Shown: positions 1 through 10,707 of the stretch, piece by piece
How positions within the stretch are numbered: position 1 is the first letter of the stretch
Layout of the letters: each line of letters begins with the position of its first letter
Assembly: GCA_016938195.1 (NCBI GenBank)
Contig: JAFGVC010000061.1
Coordinates: 19,365 to 83,364, forward strand
Source of the DNA: Tissierellales bacterium
GTDB taxonomy: Bacteria; Bacillota; Clostridia; Tissierellales; Dethiosulfatibacteraceae
Reading direction: 5' to 3'
Length of the DNA: 64,000 bases
Program-made: the position numbers and the translations under genes
Notes under the pieces: model-generated
The model's database searches: none
What the model saw: the letters and a program-made list of their open reading frames with translations, nothing else
Told to the model about the DNA's origin: nothing

Positions 1-351
1 ATGAATATCGCACCCAATTTTAAACTTGGAATGAACGTAAAACAAATGACTCATTTTTCAACGACAAAGGACGCTGTCGTATTTCCTGAAAAAATGAAAG
101 CTGTTGTAACTACAAAATCTATTGGTGTTGATGAAGGTTTGTTGCTTGAGGATGTTTTGAAGAAAGTAAGCATGAAATGGAGTAGTCAAACCAACTTTTT
201 AGCGATATCAGAAGATGGCATAGTATTAGAGTTATCTCAAGAAGATATTCAAAAAACTTATTTATTGATGTCTGATGATGTTGTCATGCTATATTTAGGT
301 GATGATCTCGTTATGAAAAATTTATTGAGAATCGAAAAATATGAATCTTAA
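1..351 (+). CDS. hypothetical protein, 116 aa (ATG at window base 1; may be complete or the tail of a longer frame)
   Basis: The frame is open from base 1. Its stop overlaps the start of the next gene by 11 nt, which suggests translational coupling. I can name no motif. Confidence 0.4.
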   Translation: MNIAPNFKLGMNVKQMTHFSTTKDAVVFPEKMKAVVTTKSIGVDEGLLLEDVLKKVSMKWSSQTNFLAISEDGIVLELSQEDIQKTYLLMSDDVVMLYLGDDLVMKNLLRIEKYES

Positions 352-1525
352 AAAAAGAAGCCTCACCCAGCTCATTATTTTCCTTTTTGTCTTATTGAGC
401 GGATTAATCTATGCCTTCTATTTAAGGGGGTTCATAGAATTTAAACTTTTGTCCGTTGGGGATTTGAATCCATATGGAGGTTGGAGTGAATTGAAGTCAG
501 CTTTCACTGATGTAGCGTTTAGATTTAGAGGCATCTCTAGGTCAACAGCCTTAACGCTCTCAATTCTACTAACCTCTCTCCTCTTTGGGAGATTTTTCTG
601 TGGATTTATATGTCCATTAGGTGCTCTTCAAGATTTTTTTAGTTTTCTAGGGAATCGCCTTAAAATTAATAAAATAATTGTAAACGAAAAAACAAATTCC
701 GGAATGTTGTTGATAAAATATGTTGTATTAGTCAGTGCCTTAGTATTGAGTATATTGAATTTTGGACATCTTATTTCTTCCTTTTCACCCTGGCTAGCTT
801 TTTTGAATATTATTCTAGGATTTAAATTATCTATCGGCACTGGTATTTTAGTGATGATTATAATGACATCACTATTCTTTCAAAGGCCTTTTTGTAGGTT
901 TTTATGCCCTTTAGGTGCTTTTCAAAGTTTGATGTCGACTTTAGGTCCCTTTAAAATAAAAAGCAACCAAAATTGCAACGGTTGCTATCACTGTCTTCAG
1001 CTATGCCCTATTGACATCAAAAGGCCCTTTGATAACGGAGAACTGTCTCCTGAATGCATTAGTTGTTTAAACTGTGTTGAGAGAAGGTGCATCAAAAATC
1101 ACTCCGGATATTCTCTCATGTTCTTCAATAAAAAAATAGAAGTCAATCGATATATTTTGCTAGGATTAATTGTCTTCTTAGCTATCTATCTATTGCTTTC
1201 AATTGCAAATTTGTCACCACAAACATCCTACAACTATTTTCAAGGTCTTTTAATAGATGGTCGTTATTTCGGCACAGGTGTCGGATTCGGAGGACCTATA
1301 CAAGTCAGTGTTTGGATTGAAAATAACAAGATATCAAAAATCGATGTTGTAAGCCATAGAGAAAGTAGCGGCTATTTCGAAGAGATCTTTATGATAAAAT
1401 CTAAAGAAATAATTGAAAAACAAGGTTTATATTTAGATGCCGTTAGTGGTGCAACAGCATCAAGCAGAGGTTTTTACTCTGCTGTAAGAAGCGCAGTCAG
1501 TCAGTCCATACAGCCATTGAATTAA
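341..1525 (+). CDS. membrane polyferredoxin (NapH-like) with C-terminal FMN-binding domain
   Basis: Two membrane-proximal FCxxxCPLG motifs (FCGFICPLG, FCRFLCPLG). Ferredoxin motifs CNGCYHCLQLCP and CISCLNCVERRC. A further TM helix, then DAVSGATASS, which matches the Dxx(S/T)GAT flavinylation motif of FMN_bind domains. Confidence 0.75.
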   Translation: MNLKKRSLTQLIIFLFVLLSGLIYAFYLRGFIEFKLLSVGDLNPYGGWSELKSAFTDVAFRFRGISRSTALTLSILLTSLLFGRFFCGFICPLGALQDFFSFLGNRLKINKIIVNEKTNSGMLLIKYVVLVSALVLSILNFGHLISSFSPWLAFLNIILGFKLSIGTGILVMIIMTSLFFQRPFCRFLCPLGAFQSLMSTLGPFKIKSNQNCNGCYHCLQLCPIDIKRPFDNGELSPECISCLNCVERRCIKNHSGYSLMFFNKKIEVNRYILLGLIVFLAIYLLLSIANLSPQTSYNYFQGLLIDGRYFGTGVGFGGPIQVSVWIENNKISKIDVVSHRESSGYFEEIFMIKSKEIIEKQGLYLDAVSGATASSRGFYSAVRSAVSQSIQPLN

Positions 1526-2748
1526 CCTATAATCAGTCTCATCAAAAATACAGTAAGCATCAAATAAATCAGTAATATGGGTGCGAACCATCGATATTCT
1601 TTGTAAAGCTCTCCGGTAGATACACCCATGATTTGAACTGTAAAGGCTTGACACAAATGCAATGGTGAGAAAAAATATCCGATAAACGAACAGCCTGTCG
1701 CCAAATAAATATATATATGCATCATCTCGTATGATACATTGAGCTGTGCAATCAACGGAAGTGTAATGGCAAGAGACGCAACCTGATATCCTGTTATGTA
1801 ACCGAAAAAAAATGAAGCGGCAAGTAATACAAGACTAATTGTAAGCATATTGCCACTATTGACAAATAAATCATTAAAAAGCGTTAACATATCAGTCATT
1901 TGAAGGATAATACTTTGCATAATTAATACAGCTGTCACTGTAATTACGATATGAACATTGACTGATTGCAGCATTTTCTTTATAAAATCCTTCTTATCAC
2001 TCAATAAATATACAATCAACAAACTGATGAAAATGGTCAGGTAAAAAGGAAGTCCGGTAATCCCGGTTACCACGACACAAGCATAAATCGGCGATGTGTA
2101 AATAATCAGTTTTTTAATATTTGACAAGGTTCTTTCTGTGCTATTGACGGGATCATTTTCCAGGTTTTTGAGGTATAGAAAATAACCAATTATGATAATG
2201 CCTAAGACAAAAAACGAGTTCAAGAAAATAACAAAAGGGATGCTGACATCATCAAAAGAAGAAGAGACTATCAAAATTGATGTTGAATAAGGCATTATGA
2301 ACATGGCCATATGTCTAAATACCAAATTAATTGCAGCCCTTCTAGGAGGGCTGATTCCAATTTTCTCGCCGATAGTATTGACAAATGGCGCTGAAAGGAG
2401 TGCCCCTCCGGGAATAATCAGAACCCCTATAAGCGCGGGAATAAGTCCTATTGTCTTTTTTTTGCTACCGACAACCTTTTGCATTGTTTCAACAATCACA
2501 TCTAGAATCCCATAGTGCTTCATAACTCCGCCCAAAACACTGACCATCATGACCACTAAGATTGTATTGAGAGATGACGCCTTCAAAAACACACCCGTCA
2601 CCGCTTCAACAAACTTTCTAAATCCAATTCCGGAAGTCACTCCCAGAACCAATGAAGCCATAACGATCGTTTGACTGAGCTTAAATTTTTTCTTAATTAA
2701 TACAGGAATCACCAAAAAAGACAGACATGCGACCAGTAATTGATACAT
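1522..2748 (-). CDS. DUF401-family polytopic membrane protein (putative transporter)
   Basis: 408 aa and highly hydrophobic. The IPGGALLSAPFV...RRAAINLVFRHM block matches my recollection of DUF401/TIGR00529 proteins. Confidence 0.55.
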   Translation of the reverse strand: MYQLLVACLSFLVIPVLIKKKFKLSQTIVMASLVLGVTSGIGFRKFVEAVTGVFLKASSLNTILVVMMVSVLGGVMKHYGILDVIVETMQKVVGSKKKTIGLIPALIGVLIIPGGALLSAPFVNTIGEKIGISPPRRAAINLVFRHMAMFIMPYSTSILIVSSSFDDVSIPFVIFLNSFFVLGIIIIGYFLYLKNLENDPVNSTERTLSNIKKLIIYTSPIYACVVVTGITGLPFYLTIFISLLIVYLLSDKKDFIKKMLQSVNVHIVITVTAVLIMQSIILQMTDMLTLFNDLFVNSGNMLTISLVLLAASFFFGYITGYQVASLAITLPLIAQLNVSYEMMHIYIYLATGCSFIGYFFSPLHLCQAFTVQIMGVSTGELYKEYRWFAPILLIYLMLTVFLMRLIIG

Positions 2749-2771
2749 AAATTTTTCCTACCTTATAAGTT

Positions 2772-3971
2772 TTATATTCCGAGAAGATTTGATATATATC
2801 TTAACAATCTTTTAAACAATCCTGCTTTTTCTACGTTTGAAATTACCTGAACCGGAATATCTTTAATTTTCTCTGCATTTAGATAGACAGATAACGTCCC
2901 AACAGAATCTCCTTCTAGCAATGGTGCTTTGATGTTTTCAAAGTATTTGATTTCTGTTTTCAAAACTGTTCCGTTCTTAACTAACTGATAGAATTCCTCA
3001 CTTGCTTTGACTTTAACATTGACGTCCACTGCATTTGAAATGAATAATTCTCCAACAATTTGATCTTTTTCTATGATTTTTTCAATAAAATAATTATAGA
3101 GACCATATTCAAGCAGCTCCTTTGATTTATTGATACGATCATTGTGGCTTTGAGCCCCCATCAGAACAGCAATTACTCTTCTATCCTTTTGACTATCCGA
3201 TCCGTCTACATAAGGAATAGTGGACACTAGGCAAAGACCGGCCTTGTCCGTATAACCGGTTTTAAGACCATCCACGCCTTCCATCAGACCTAGAAGAGGA
3301 TTAGTAGCCTCTCTCACGAAATTTCTCTCCGGAATAACCACTTCCAATTGGTTTGTTACTTGAACGACATCGGGATACTTGTTTAATAAATAGGCCGCTA
3401 ATTTAAAAATATCCGCTGCGGACATATAATTTTGATCCGTTTCCTGATCATCAATAGGCATACCGCTAGGATTAATAAATTTTGCAGTTGTAATTCCAAT
3501 TTCTGTAGCCTTGTTTTCCATCATCCTCAGAAAAGCCTCTTCACTTCCGGCAACATGCTCTGCTATTGCAACGGCGGCGTCATTGCCGGATACAATAAGA
3601 ATGGAATTCATCAGCAGCTCAAGATTGATTCTTTCTCCCTCTATTAATCCGAAAGAGCTGCCAACCGTATTAGCTGCCTTGTTTGAGACAATCACGTCAT
3701 CACTCAGAGATACGGTTCCTTTTTCAACCTCTTCTCTCGTCACTAAATAGGTCATCAGCTTTGTGACGCTAGCTAACTCTACGGCTTCATTCGATTGATA
3801 TTCATAAAAAATCTCTCCGCTTTCAGCATCTCCCACCAGAGCTGCTTTTATATTTTCACTGACATCAATATCGGCATAGGCCGTGTTGCAAGTCAATAGG
3901 AGAATGACAAGGAGGGATAAGATAAAACGTTTAACGTAAATTTTATAACTCAATTTTTTCAATACCTCCAA
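2772..3971 (-). CDS. serine-type D-alanyl-D-alanine carboxypeptidase (S11, PBP5-like)
   Basis: Signal peptide, SxxK (SVTKLMT), SxN (VSGND) and KTG (LKTGYT) boxes. The ORF-track start at 3971 is a TTG. A TTG at 3953, 11 nt after a GGAGG, is an alternative start. Confidence 0.88.
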   Translation of the reverse strand: MEVLKKLSYKIYVKRFILSLLVILLLTCNTAYADIDVSENIKAALVGDAESGEIFYEYQSNEAVELASVTKLMTYLVTREEVEKGTVSLSDDVIVSNKAANTVGSSFGLIEGERINLELLMNSILIVSGNDAAVAIAEHVAGSEEAFLRMMENKATEIGITTAKFINPSGMPIDDQETDQNYMSAADIFKLAAYLLNKYPDVVQVTNQLEVVIPERNFVREATNPLLGLMEGVDGLKTGYTDKAGLCLVSTIPYVDGSDSQKDRRVIAVLMGAQSHNDRINKSKELLEYGLYNYFIEKIIEKDQIVGELFISNAVDVNVKVKASEEFYQLVKNGTVLKTEIKYFENIKAPLLEGDSVGTLSVYLNAEKIKDIPVQVISNVEKAGLFKRLLRYISNLLGI

Positions 3972-5217
3972 GATATTTTCTCAAAACTTCCGGGATTGTG
4001 ATGGTTCCATCCTCATTTTGATAATTTTCAAGTATAGCCGCAAATGTCCTGCCGACTGCAAGTCCAGATCCATTTAATGTATGAAGGAACCTAGGCTTTC
4101 CATTATCGGCCGGCTTATAGCGTAAATTGGCTCGACGCGCTTGAAAATCTTCAAAATTTGAACAAGATGATATTTCTACATATCGATTATAGCTTGGCAT
4201 CCATACCTCTAAATCATAAGTCTTTGCTGATGAAAAGCCAATATCACCGGTGCATAATTCGATAACTCTATAAGGAAGCCCTAGCTTTTGAAGTATCGTT
4301 TCGGCGTATCCTGTCAATTTTTCTAGCTCTTCATAAGATTCCTCCGGCCTTGCTAGCATGACCATTTCTACCTTGTCAAACTGGTGATTTCTGATGAGTC
4401 CTCTTGTGTCTCTTCCCGCTGAACCTGCTTCAGATCTAAAACAAGGCGTATAGGCTGTCATATAATAAGGGAGGTCATTTTCTTCGAGAATTTCATCTCT
4501 GTAGATGTTAGTAACCGGCACCTCAGCCGTAGGAATTAGATAAAAATCCTTTTGGGGAATTTTAAATACATCCTCTTCAAACTTTGGCAATTGCCCTGTT
4601 CCAATCATACTTTCTCTATTAACCATAAAAGGAGGTGATATTTCTGTAAATCCGTGCTCTTCAGTATGCACGTCCAACATGAAAGATATCAATGCTCGTT
4701 CTAATTTGGCACCAATGCCCTTGAACATTGAAAATCTTGCTCCGGTAATTTTAGCGGCCCTCTCAAAATCCAGTATTTCTAGCTCCGTTCCCAAATCCCA
4801 ATGCGGTTTGATTTCAAATTCAAATTTCCTTGGCTCTTTCCATTTTCTAATTTCCTTATTATCTTCCTCCGTTGTCCCAACTGTAATGTCAGGATTGGGT
4901 ATATTAGGTATGCAAAGTAGCTCATTATTAATCTCTGTATCCACTTCTTTAACTTGTAAATCAAGCTCTTTAATTTTGATTGAAAGTTGCTTCATTTCTT
5001 CCAAAACCGGCGTTACGTCAAGTCCGTCTTTTTTCATGCTCGGAATTTCTTTTGATACTTTATTCTGCTCGGCTTTCATTTCTTCAACATCTAAAAGCAA
5101 GGCTCTTCTTCTTTCATCAAGCTTTAAGACATTGTTTATTGATAATTCAACATTCCTTCTTTGAAGTAATTCATTAATTTCTTCAGGATTTTTTCGAATT
5201 CTTTTTAAATCTAACAT
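3943..5217 (-). CDS. serS: seryl-tRNA synthetase
   Basis: 424 aa with an N-terminal coiled-coil arm and class II aaRS core ([31 protein letters not shown]). Preceded by a T-box leader. Confidence 0.97.
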   Translation of the reverse strand: MLDLKRIRKNPEEINELLQRRNVELSINNVLKLDERRRALLLDVEEMKAEQNKVSKEIPSMKKDGLDVTPVLEEMKQLSIKIKELDLQVKEVDTEINNELLCIPNIPNPDITVGTTEEDNKEIRKWKEPRKFEFEIKPHWDLGTELEILDFERAAKITGARFSMFKGIGAKLERALISFMLDVHTEEHGFTEISPPFMVNRESMIGTGQLPKFEEDVFKIPQKDFYLIPTAEVPVTNIYRDEILEENDLPYYMTAYTPCFRSEAGSAGRDTRGLIRNHQFDKVEMVMLARPEESYEELEKLTGYAETILQKLGLPYRVIELCTGDIGFSSAKTYDLEVWMPSYNRYVEISSCSNFEDFQARRANLRYKPADNGKPRFLHTLNGSGLAVGRTFAAILENYQNEDGTITIPEVLRKYLGGIEKIEL

Positions 5218-5221
5218 ACTT

Positions 5222-5488
5222 TCCTCCCTATTGATTGATTTTCAATAAAAAACTCTCGACCCATAAAAGGGACGAGAGTCATATTTGCTACCGCGATACC
5301 ACCCTAATTACTATCCCATAAGGATAGTCTCTCAAAAGGTTAACGCCCTCAACGTGTGAGTTGTCACTCCCACAGGCTCCGGAATGGATTCAACAGGTCT
5401 GTTTGCTCTTTTTCACCAACCAAAAGCTCTCTTCAAAACATTGCCGCCTACTACTTTCCTTCAAAGCCATCTATTCGTTAATTTCCCT
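5222..5488 (-). ncRNA. T-box riboswitch leader of serS (candidate Ser UCC specifier)
   Basis: On the minus strand, AATTAGGGTGGTATCGCGG (5291-5310) is the conserved T-box sequence. It is followed by terminator hairpin GACTCTCGTCCC/GGGTCGAGAGT plus a T-run (5245-5280). Stem I elements (AGAGAG, GGTGAAA) are present, and GAA-UCC-A sits in the specifier-loop position (UCC = 5386-5388). Confidence 0.85.
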
Positions 5489-5489
5489 T

Positions 5490-5518
5490 ATAATAGTACA
5501 GGATTAGCCATTTGTCAA
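5490..5518 (-). promoter_or_regulatory. sigma-A type promoter of the serS leader
   Basis: On the minus strand: TTGACA (5518-5513), a 17 nt spacer, then TATTAT (5495-5490). Confidence 0.6.
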
Positions 5519-5606
5519 GATGATATGATTGAATATTATTGACTTCTTGTGTTAAAATATATTAATTAAGCCTTTACTCATGCTACGCCTATTAGGAGGA
5601 CACGCT

Positions 5607-6593
5607 ATGAAATTTATCAATACCAATTTTGAGATACCTTATTACAATTTCGCGTTAGAAGATTATCTTCTAACAGATGCACCTGAAGATGATTATGTCT
5701 TTTTTTATATTCATAAACCCTCCATCATCGTCGGCAAATATCAAAACACCTTGGCTGAAATCAACAAGGAATATGTTGAAAAACATCATATACTTGTAGC
5801 GAGAAGGCTCTCCGGAGGAGGTGCTGTCTATCATGATGATGGAAATCTCAATTTTTCTTTTGTTCATAGGGCTAGTCGCGAGGATGTCAATAACTTTGAA
5901 AAATTTACTCAGCCCGTCGTCGAAGCGCTTCAATCACTAAAAGTTGACGCAAAGCTCTCCGGACGCAACGATCTTCTTGTAGAAGATAAAAAAATTTCAG
6001 GAAATGCTCAATGCTTCAAAAACGGAAGACTTCTACACCATGGCACTCTTTTATACAATGCGGATATGAGTCACCTTGTACAAGCACTTAATGTAAGAGA
6101 TATCAAAATCAAGTCAAAGGGGATCGCTTCAGTCAGAAGCAGAGTCGCTAATATTGCTGAATACATGGCATCTCCCATGGAAATCCATGAATTTAAAAAT
6201 TATCTTCTTTCTTATTTTAGTAAATCTAAAAATATTGAAGAGATGACGCTAGACAAAGAGGTGTTAGCTTCAATCAATCAAAAAGTCGCAGATCAATTCT
6301 CAACTTGGGAGTGGAATTGGGGAAAATCTCCAAAATACCAGCATCAAATATCGGGGAAATTTCCATGTGGCTTGATTGATTTAAATATGAATATTGAAGA
6401 AGGTATCATAAAAGACATCAAAATATACGGAGACTTCTTTACCTCTGAAGAGATAGAAACGCTTGAAAATATTCTCAAAGGAACTTTGATTAATAGGGAT
6501 GCTTTGGAAGCCAAATTAAAAGATACCGATATCTCGTTGTTTTTTAATCAATTATCTAATCATGAGTTCATAGAATTCATACTGAGCCAATAA
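5607..6593 (+). CDS. lplA: lipoate-protein ligase
   Basis: KPSIIVGKYQN and RRLSGGGAVYHDDGNLNFSF ligase signatures. AGGAGG lies 6 nt upstream of ATG 5607, whereas the ORF-track start at 5580 has no SD. Confidence 0.9.
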   Translation: MKFINTNFEIPYYNFALEDYLLTDAPEDDYVFFYIHKPSIIVGKYQNTLAEINKEYVEKHHILVARRLSGGGAVYHDDGNLNFSFVHRASREDVNNFEKFTQPVVEALQSLKVDAKLSGRNDLLVEDKKISGNAQCFKNGRLLHHGTLLYNADMSHLVQALNVRDIKIKSKGIASVRSRVANIAEYMASPMEIHEFKNYLLSYFSKSKNIEEMTLDKEVLASINQKVADQFSTWEWNWGKSPKYQHQISGKFPCGLIDLNMNIEEGIIKDIKIYGDFFTSEEIETLENILKGTLINRDALEAKLKDTDISLFFNQLSNHEFIEFILSQ

Positions 6594-6596
6594 ACT

Positions 6597-6620
6597 AAAC
6601 CCCGGAAAATCCGGGGTTTT
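6597..6620. terminator. intrinsic terminator between convergent lplA and the UPF0182 gene
   Basis: AAACCCCGG-AAAAT-CCGGGGTTT followed by T/A-rich sequence, 4 nt after the lplA stop. Confidence 0.7.
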
Positions 6621-6622
6621 AT

Positions 6623-9391
6623 TTATTGTAGCGTCTCTAATTTTTCAAGAATGATACTAAGCTGTTCAATATATTGACCATAGAGAGTCCACTCACCGTT
6701 CTTAAGCGCCTCTTGCGATTTCTGGAATAAATCATTGGCTTCATTTATCAATTCCTTAATCGTCCTGTCTTCAAGTTGAATACCATCTTCTCCGGGATCA
6801 TATCCTGAGAATCCTGTCCCAAAAATCTTATTCAGTGAAGCCTCTAAAGTCGTTTCCATAACAATTCGATCCCCATAAGCGACAATCACTCGTTTCATTT
6901 CAGGTAAACTATTCTCATTGTTGGATTGGAGATAGATAGGCTCTACATACAGTAATGAATTTTCTATTGGAATGATGAGAAGATTTCCTCTCAATACGTT
7001 TGAACCCTCTTGTGACCACAAGGTGATTTGAGGTGAAATTTCAGAATCCTGGTCAATTCTTGATTCAATCATATTGGTACCCGGAATATTTTCATTTTTA
7101 GAAAATCGATATAACACAAGCTCTCCATAATTATCACCGTCATTCCTAGCTACCAGCATTGCAGTCATGTTGTTCTTGCCAACGGGGGAATAAGGAACAG
7201 ATAACAAAAATTCAACTTTTTCCTCCTCCGGTAATCTAAACATGAGAAAATTCGATTCGACGGTTTGGACTTTGTCCATGTATTTTTCCAATGAAATAAT
7301 CCATAAATCTTCTTTTCCGAAGAAAACCTGCGGATTGGCCATATGGTAGGTTCTATAAATATCGGCTTGGATATCAAAGTAATCCTGAGCATATCTTAAG
7401 TGCTCTCTGATACCTTGAGGCATATCCTCCAAGCTTTTGAATAAATCTGGAAATATATTTCTGTAAGTAACGGCAAGGGCATCCTCTTCATCTATTAAAT
7501 AAAAATCGGTGGTGCCATTATAGACATCAACAACCGCTTTAACAGAATTTCTGACATAATTGAAAGTATTAGTCCCTTCATAAGGCTGTGAATATGGATA
7601 TTTGTTGGTAATAGAAAAGCCTTCAATTATCCAATATAATTTGCCATCTTCTTGATTGACGATCAAATAGGGATCCTCTCCAAAATAAAGGAAGGGCGCT
7701 ATCTTTTTAACTCTTTCAATAATGTTTCGATTCAAAACTATTCGACTATCCGAATTAATATTGTTGGAGATCAGCATTTTTAGACTTCTTTCTTTGATAG
7801 AAAAAATAAGTCGGTTGAAAGGACTTAATTTAATGCCCGCTTCTCCTTCATAGAAAGTCATCACGTTACTTGTCCCGGAAGAATAATCGAATTCTTCCTC
7901 ATCCGTATTCAAGACCACATAGTTATTGGTTTTTTCTCCAAAATATATTTCGGGTCTTGTTATTTTTAAATCTGTTTGAGTTACCGGAGGAATATCTCTA
8001 ACTAGCATGACAGGTTGTCCCTCAGTTGTAACTGTGTTGACGGGTGACAAAACAAATCCGTAGCCATGTGTGTATTTAAGTATTTGATTAATCCAATTTT
8101 GAGCCTGTGCATCTATTCTATTTTGATCTAGCTCTCTAGCCGATAGAAAAACTTGGGTATACTGATTGTTGATTGTATAGCGATCAATATCAACATCATT
8201 AAACACATAATAGGGTCTAATCCCTTGAATTTGATTATAAACTTGGTTAAGTGGTCTATAGTCATTAATTCTGATATTTTGAATAATATCCATATTATTC
8301 TCTAAATCTTTAGAGGTGAGATTATAATTGATAGGATAGTCTATTTCTTTAACCGTATCCAAGCCATAGGCTTTTTGCGTATAAGCAATATTATACTCAA
8401 TGTATTTCAGTTCCTTTGAGATTTCATCGGGTTCAACAATAATACTCTGTACCAAACCTCCTGCGATACCTCCAATGATTGATATTGCAATCAATAATGC
8501 CGGAAAAGACAGCGCCATGATGATATTTTTCTTTTTAGCACCTATATAAAATATGACCCCTCCTACTATTGCTAATACAGCAAGTATTCTGTAAACGTTG
8601 AGAGTCACAAAAATATCGGTATATCCGGCCCCATATACTTTACCTCGACTGGTATACAATAAGTCAAACGTCATGAGCCAAAACCTAACACCCAAAGAAA
8701 CTAAGAAGGCTAGGCCAAATAAAGCAATCTGATTCACAATATTGGTGATGGTTTTCTTATCAATTAAATCATTAAGCGATTTAGGTCTGTGGCCATATCC
8801 TTCCAGGTCTATCACCTTTTCGCCGGAATGAATTTTCGCTGTTGTTTTGGCTGCTAATACGACCGTATTAAAAACAGCTGTAATCACCATAAATATAAAA
8901 AGCATTGTCATGAAAAAAGTCAAAGCGCTAATGATAAACGGAAGCTTAAAAACGTAAAATCCCACATCATTATTAAATAATGGGTCTGAAACGTTAAATA
9001 AAATACCGTTGAAAAATTTTAAAATTTCAAACCACATAATCTCAGACATGGAGGTGGAAAAGAAAAACGCAATAACAGCTGAGCTTAATCTCACACCCAA
9101 AGATATTCTTTTCTCAGTCTTTTGATCATGTTGAATAGCCAACTCTTTGTAGTACTTTTTTTTGAGATAAGTCATGTAATAATTAAAGATAATATATAAA
9201 ACAACAAAAACCGGAATGCCCACTGAAAATTGTGTTCTTAATTTTGTTAAAAATGTTTCGGTATAACCAAGTTCTTCGAACCATTTATAATCTGCGATAA
9301 ATGAAATTAGACCTCCAAAAGAAGTCAATGCAACAATTATTGCAAAAAAAATGACTAAACCAATAACATTGGTTTTATTTCTTTTCGCCAT
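6623..9391 (-). CDS. UPF0182-family large membrane protein (COG1615), function unknown
   Basis: 922 aa, with about 7 N-terminal TM helices followed by a large soluble region. The N-terminal ...DYKWFEELGYTETF... is typical of the family as I recall it. Confidence 0.7.
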   Translation of the reverse strand: MAKRNKTNVIGLVIFFAIIVALTSFGGLISFIADYKWFEELGYTETFLTKLRTQFSVGIPVFVVLYIIFNYYMTYLKKKYYKELAIQHDQKTEKRISLGVRLSSAVIAFFFSTSMSEIMWFEILKFFNGILFNVSDPLFNNDVGFYVFKLPFIISALTFFMTMLFIFMVITAVFNTVVLAAKTTAKIHSGEKVIDLEGYGHRPKSLNDLIDKKTITNIVNQIALFGLAFLVSLGVRFWLMTFDLLYTSRGKVYGAGYTDIFVTLNVYRILAVLAIVGGVIFYIGAKKKNIIMALSFPALLIAISIIGGIAGGLVQSIIVEPDEISKELKYIEYNIAYTQKAYGLDTVKEIDYPINYNLTSKDLENNMDIIQNIRINDYRPLNQVYNQIQGIRPYYVFNDVDIDRYTINNQYTQVFLSARELDQNRIDAQAQNWINQILKYTHGYGFVLSPVNTVTTEGQPVMLVRDIPPVTQTDLKITRPEIYFGEKTNNYVVLNTDEEEFDYSSGTSNVMTFYEGEAGIKLSPFNRLIFSIKERSLKMLISNNINSDSRIVLNRNIIERVKKIAPFLYFGEDPYLIVNQEDGKLYWIIEGFSITNKYPYSQPYEGTNTFNYVRNSVKAVVDVYNGTTDFYLIDEEDALAVTYRNIFPDLFKSLEDMPQGIREHLRYAQDYFDIQADIYRTYHMANPQVFFGKEDLWIISLEKYMDKVQTVESNFLMFRLPEEEKVEFLLSVPYSPVGKNNMTAMLVARNDGDNYGELVLYRFSKNENIPGTNMIESRIDQDSEISPQITLWSQEGSNVLRGNLLIIPIENSLLYVEPIYLQSNNENSLPEMKRVIVAYGDRIVMETTLEASLNKIFGTGFSGYDPGEDGIQLEDRTIKELINEANDLFQKSQEALKNGEWTLYGQYIEQLSIILEKLETLQ

Positions 9392-9474
9392 AAAAATCCT
9401 CCCAAAAATATAATCTATTTAAATTTATGTTTTATTTTCTATTTGTGTTTTTATTATACCATAAAACCTTTAAT

Positions 9475-9507
9475 AAAAAATCCCCAATTGCTAACAATCA
9501 GAGATTA
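9475..9507 (-). terminator. possible intrinsic terminator after mgsA
   Basis: On the minus strand: ATCTCTGATTG-TTAG-CAATTGGGGAT (11 bp including three G-U pairs) followed by TTTTTT. Confidence 0.4.
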
Positions 9508-9509
9508 AA

Positions 9510-9926
9510 TCATTGTTTTTTATTGTATTCTGTTTTCATATAATGCGAGCTTAATAAAAAATCCGCTGTAGAATAATTCATAGCTACCGGTATATCATAT
9601 AAAACCGCAATTCTTAGAAGCGCTTTGACATCCGGATCGTGTGGCTGTGCTGTCAAAGGATCCCAAAAGAAAATCATAAAATCAATTTTTTCTTCACTGA
9701 TAGCGGCACCTATCTGTAAATCACCGCCTAAAGGACCACTTTTATAAGCGAACACCTCAAGGCCTGTCTCATCTTTTATCAATTTGGAAGTCGTACCGGT
9801 CCCAAATAATTGATGCTCTTTGAGTGGTTCAATGTTTAGCTTTATCCACTCTACCAATTCATCTTTCTTATTGTCATGGGCAATTAATGCGATTTTTTTC
9901 TTTATACCTATTATTCTCTTCATCAT
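9510..9926 (-). CDS. mgsA: methylglyoxal synthase
   Basis: [22 protein letters not shown] and [17 protein letters not shown] motifs. Confidence 0.95.
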   Translation of the reverse strand: MMKRIIGIKKKIALIAHDNKKDELVEWIKLNIEPLKEHQLFGTGTTSKLIKDETGLEVFAYKSGPLGGDLQIGAAISEEKIDFMIFFWDPLTAQPHDPDVKALLRIAVLYDIPVAMNYSTADFLLSSHYMKTEYNKKQ

Positions 9927-9937
9927 AAATTCACCCG

Positions 9938-10696
9938 TTATAGCTTATCGTATTCTGCTCTGAATTTCTGCAAAACTCTCTTTTCAATTCTTGAAACCGT
10001 CACCTGTGAAATATTCATTTCAATAGAAACCTCGGTCTGTGTTTTTTCATCCAAAAGGTATCTTTTATTTACAATTTCTCTTTCAAGAGGGTTAAGTGTT
10101 TCAAAAACTCTTGCAACAAAATCCTTGTTCTCAAAATTCTTGTATTGTTCATCCTCTTTTCCGTAAATCTCCAATAAATTAAAACTATTATCTTCTGTAC
10201 TGTTTTCTGTTTGCTGGTCAAGTGACTTCAAAGAATAGGCATTATTGGATTCCATAGCTTCTAATATTTCCTCTTCTGTGCTACTTAAATAGCTTGCAAT
10301 TTCACTGATTGTCGCAACCCTTTGAAGCTTATGCGAAAGTTCACTTTTTGCGTTATTAATTTTTAAAGATAATTCTTGGACTCTTCTTGGTATTTTTAAC
10401 GACCATGTTTTATCTCTAAAATATTTTTTAATTTCTCCAAGAATGGTCGGGGTTGCAAAACTTGAAAACTCAAAACCTCTTTCCGGATCATATCTTTCGA
10501 TAGCATAAATCAGTCCAATACAGGCAATCTGATATAAATCATCATATTCTATCCCTTTATTGGTATATTTTTTTGAGATGATTTCTGCAATATGCTGATA
10601 CTCTGAAAAAATCTTATTTCTAATCTCAACATTCTCTTTATCTTGAATATAGGCAAAAAATAATTCGTTGTTTTTTATAAGCTTTTCTGAATTCAT
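9938..10696 (-). CDS. sigB: alternative RNA polymerase sigma factor, SigB-like (SigB/F/G subfamily)
   Basis: Region 2 is [36 protein letters not shown] closely resembles B. subtilis SigB RDKTWSVHVPRRIKEL and does not resemble the SigF equivalent. Region 4 HTH is [22 protein letters not shown]. It follows STAS and anti-sigma genes. Confidence 0.85.
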   Translation of the reverse strand: MNSEKLIKNNELFFAYIQDKENVEIRNKIFSEYQHIAEIISKKYTNKGIEYDDLYQIACIGLIYAIERYDPERGFEFSSFATPTILGEIKKYFRDKTWSLKIPRRVQELSLKINNAKSELSHKLQRVATISEIASYLSSTEEEILEAMESNNAYSLKSLDQQTENSTEDNSFNLLEIYGKEDEQYKNFENKDFVARVFETLNPLEREIVNKRYLLDEKTQTEVSIEMNISQVTVSRIEKRVLQKFRAEYDKL

Positions 10697-10707
10697 AGTT
10701 AACCCGC

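Noticed and set aside
4679-5177. 161-aa and 65-aa plus-strand ORFs and a 61-aa minus ORF within serS
   Set aside because: They are antisense or alternative frames of serS, with low-complexity Ser/Leu-rich sequence and no SD.
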